Assembly: GCA_030656615.1 (NCBI GenBank)
Contig: JAUSOY010000083.1
Location: 58,966 to 122,965 of the forward strand
DNA length: 64,000 bases
Direction: 5' to 3'
From: Bacteroidales bacterium
GTDB taxonomy: Bacteria; Bacteroidota; Bacteroidia; Bacteroidales; TTA-H9
A program made the translations under genes and the position numbers. The notes under the pieces are model-generated. The model worked only from the letters and a program-made list of their open reading frames with translations. It was not told the origin of the DNA and searched no databases. Within the stretch, counting starts at the first letter, position 1. Each line of letters starts with the position of its first letter. This document shows, in pieces, positions 62,436 through 64,000 of this stretch.

Positions 62436-64000
62436 TTAATATATGAAGCTGCTTCCACCCAGGAATTCCCTCAGAATACTGGTTGGTGGAATCTCCCGTG
62501 AAGATATGGGGCTAAAGTAGCTCAAAAACTTAAGAAGTCGCGCGGCTTCGGCATATTCCGGCTGATTTTGCTGAACGACCCGTAAAATGGGTTCGGCATA
62601 TGTTTTTAAAACTGCGAGCTCATAGAGCAGCGCCGAATTAAACATGATGTCCGCATTTTCCTGAAATGGGAAAATATACTTTTCTTCACCGCCACGAACA
62701 CTATCCCAACGTTTCAAAGTGTCAAGAGCACTATAATTACGGAAGCGATAATCACGGACAATGCGGCGGATTAGGCGATTATCCGTGGATGGAATTGGAT
62801 TGTGTGCATCGATCGAAATCTGTGTAAGGGCCGATACAAATACCTTGTACTTACAGTTTTCAGGAATCATGTTGGTAAGCTCAGGATTCAGACCATGTAT
62901 TCCTTCAATAACCAGTATTTGATCGGCTTCAAGCGTCATGGTTTGATGATTGTACGCCCTTTTACCACTTGTAAAATCGAATTTGGGCACCTTTATCGTC
63001 TTTCCATCTATCAGCTCGAGAAGGTTCTGATTGAATAATGCGGTGTCAATGGCTTTAATCGTCTCGAAATCATACTCCCCGTTTTCATCCTTCGGTGTTA
63101 GTTCACGATCAACAAAATAATTATCAAGTGAAATTTGTACGGGCCTGATTCCTAGTACCATAAGCTGTATAGACAAGCGTTTGGAGAAGGTCGTTTTTCC
63201 GGAGGATGATGGCCCTGCTATCAGGATTATTTTTAAATTATCGCGTTGTTTGAAAATTCGATCGGCGATTCGTGCAATTTTTTTCTCGTGAAGTGCTTCT
63301 GAAATTTTAATAAGGTGGTTATCGCGAATTTCGGAAGAAGACTTATTCAAATCTCCGACATAAGGTACATTGAGGATATTTACCCACTTTTTATGCTCTC
63401 TGAAAACCTTAAAAAGCTTTGATTGATCGGGTGCTTCACTTATTATGTCTGGATTTAGTCTCTCAGGAACTCTTAAATTCAGACCATTATAATAATATTG
63501 AATATCGAATAGTTTTACAAATCCAGTCGAAGGAACCAAAAAACCATAAAAATAATTGATGAGGTCATTAACCCCATAAATGGAGGTATACATATCGGAT
63601 CTGTTTTTGAAAAGATCCACTTTTTCCTTATGTCCATATTTTGCAAACATTTCTATGGCCTCACTGGTCAGAATTTCTTGACGTGTGAAAGGCAAATCCA
63701 TTTCAACAATTTCGTACATCCGCTTTTTAAGAGACCTGACAATGATATCGTTTAAGGGTTCATCCAGATTGTCGATTTCACAAAAGGCACCTTTTGATAT
63801 AGAGTGCTCTATCCTTAAATGGGCTTTTGGATATAAATCGTGTACGGCTTTGTATAGAATGAATGCCGCCGAACGCGTGTACATTCGGTATCCGATAGGA
63901 TGGGTAATATCGATAAAATGTACCGTTTTGGGTTTGTATAAATCGAAATTTAATTCTCGTAATTTATTATTTACCAGAGCTCCCAGAATTGGATGGTGTA
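62436..64000 (-). CDS. uridine/nucleoside kinase-family protein with ThrRS/TGS-like N-terminal region (5' end outside window)
   Basis: P-loop IAGPSSSGKTTFSKRL in a PRK/uridine-kinase domain. The frame stays open past the ORF-track Met (63884) to the window edge (...ILGALVNNKLRELNFDLYKPKTVHFIDITHPIGYRMYTRS...). Confidence 0.8.
   Translation of the reverse strand, partial: HHPILGALVNNKLRELNFDLYKPKTVHFIDITHPIGYRMYTRSAAFILYKAVHDLYPKAHLRIEHSISKGAFCEIDNLDEPLNDIIVRSLKKRMYEIVEMDLPFTRQEILTSEAIEMFAKYGHKEKVDLFKNRSDMYTSIYGVNDLINYFYGFLVPSTGFVKLFDIQYYYNGLNLRVPERLNPDIISEAPDQSKLFKVFREHKKWVNILNVPYVGDLNKSSSEIRDNHLIKISEALHEKKIARIADRIFKQRDNLKIILIAGPSSSGKTTFSKRLSIQLMVLGIRPVQISLDNYFVDRELTPKDENGEYDFETIKAIDTALFNQNLLELIDGKTIKVPKFDFTSGKRAYNHQTMTLEADQILVIEGIHGLNPELTNMIPENCKYKVFVSALTQISIDAHNPIPSTDNRLIRRIVRDYRFRNYSALDTLKRWDSVRGGEEKYIFPFQENADIMFNSALLYELAVLKTYAEPILRVVQQNQPEYAEAARLLKFLSYFSPISSREIPPTSILREFLGGSSFIY

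Noticed and set aside
1-64000. Search for CRISPR arrays, tRNA/rRNA genes, IS elements, integrases, toxin-antitoxin pairs and defence islands.
   Set aside because: No repeat-spacer periodicity was seen. No intergenic gap is large enough or shaped like a tRNA. No transposase, integrase or phage-like ORF appears in any frame. Every ORF above about 150 aa is accounted for by core or conserved hypothetical genes.

Overview
The window is a gene-dense, moderately AT-rich chromosomal segment that looks like core genome of a Bacteroidota organism. Three things support that assignment. The dcw cluster has Bacteroidota architecture. FtsZ ends in NSYLHDNVD. TAnnTTTG -7 promoter boxes sit in front of many genes.

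The dominant feature is a complete, tightly packed division/cell-wall cluster on the minus strand at 35.8-51.3 kb: mraZ-rsmH-ftsL-ftsI-murE-mraY-murD-ftsW-murG-murC-ftsQ-ftsA-ftsZ. The rest is mostly housekeeping:
- Lipid synthesis: cdsA, psd.
- Cofactor and nucleotide genes: coaD, AMP nucleosidase-like, MogA/MOSC.
- RNA modification: rsmD, rsmE, rsmH, tsaD, a THUMP methyltransferase.
- Replication: holA, parC, priA.
- Envelope: tamB, a porin-like barrel.
- Redox and repair: msrAB, a flavodiiron protein, thioredoxin.
- Metabolism: aroB-aroA, acyl-CoA carboxyltransferase plus a biotin carrier, a lutA-like gene.
- Transporters: PiT, MATE.

I found no rRNA or tRNA genes, CRISPR arrays, transposases, integrases or prophage genes, and no obvious horizontally acquired island. 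I therefore cannot point to a clear-cut novel multi-gene accessory system.

The best candidates for unexplored biology are:
1. An SPFH / 2-TM / Arc-like RHH three-gene module preceded by a four-hexamer dyad array that may be its operator.
2. A cytoplasmic single-chain protein with two retropepsin (DTGAS) domains.
3. GTGG(G/A)G boxes, candidate MraZ sites, in the unusually long mraZ/acyltransferase divergent region.
4. Two genes (yjbR-like, tamB) whose conserved N-termini are encoded upstream of any canonical start codon.
5. A canonical Shine-Dalgarno sequence in front of ftsZ, in a phylum that largely lacks SD-led initiation.
6. A split OlsF-like / gls-type amino-acid-lipid acyltransferase pair.

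All functional calls rest on motif and family recognition by eye from the translated ORFs. No database search was run.
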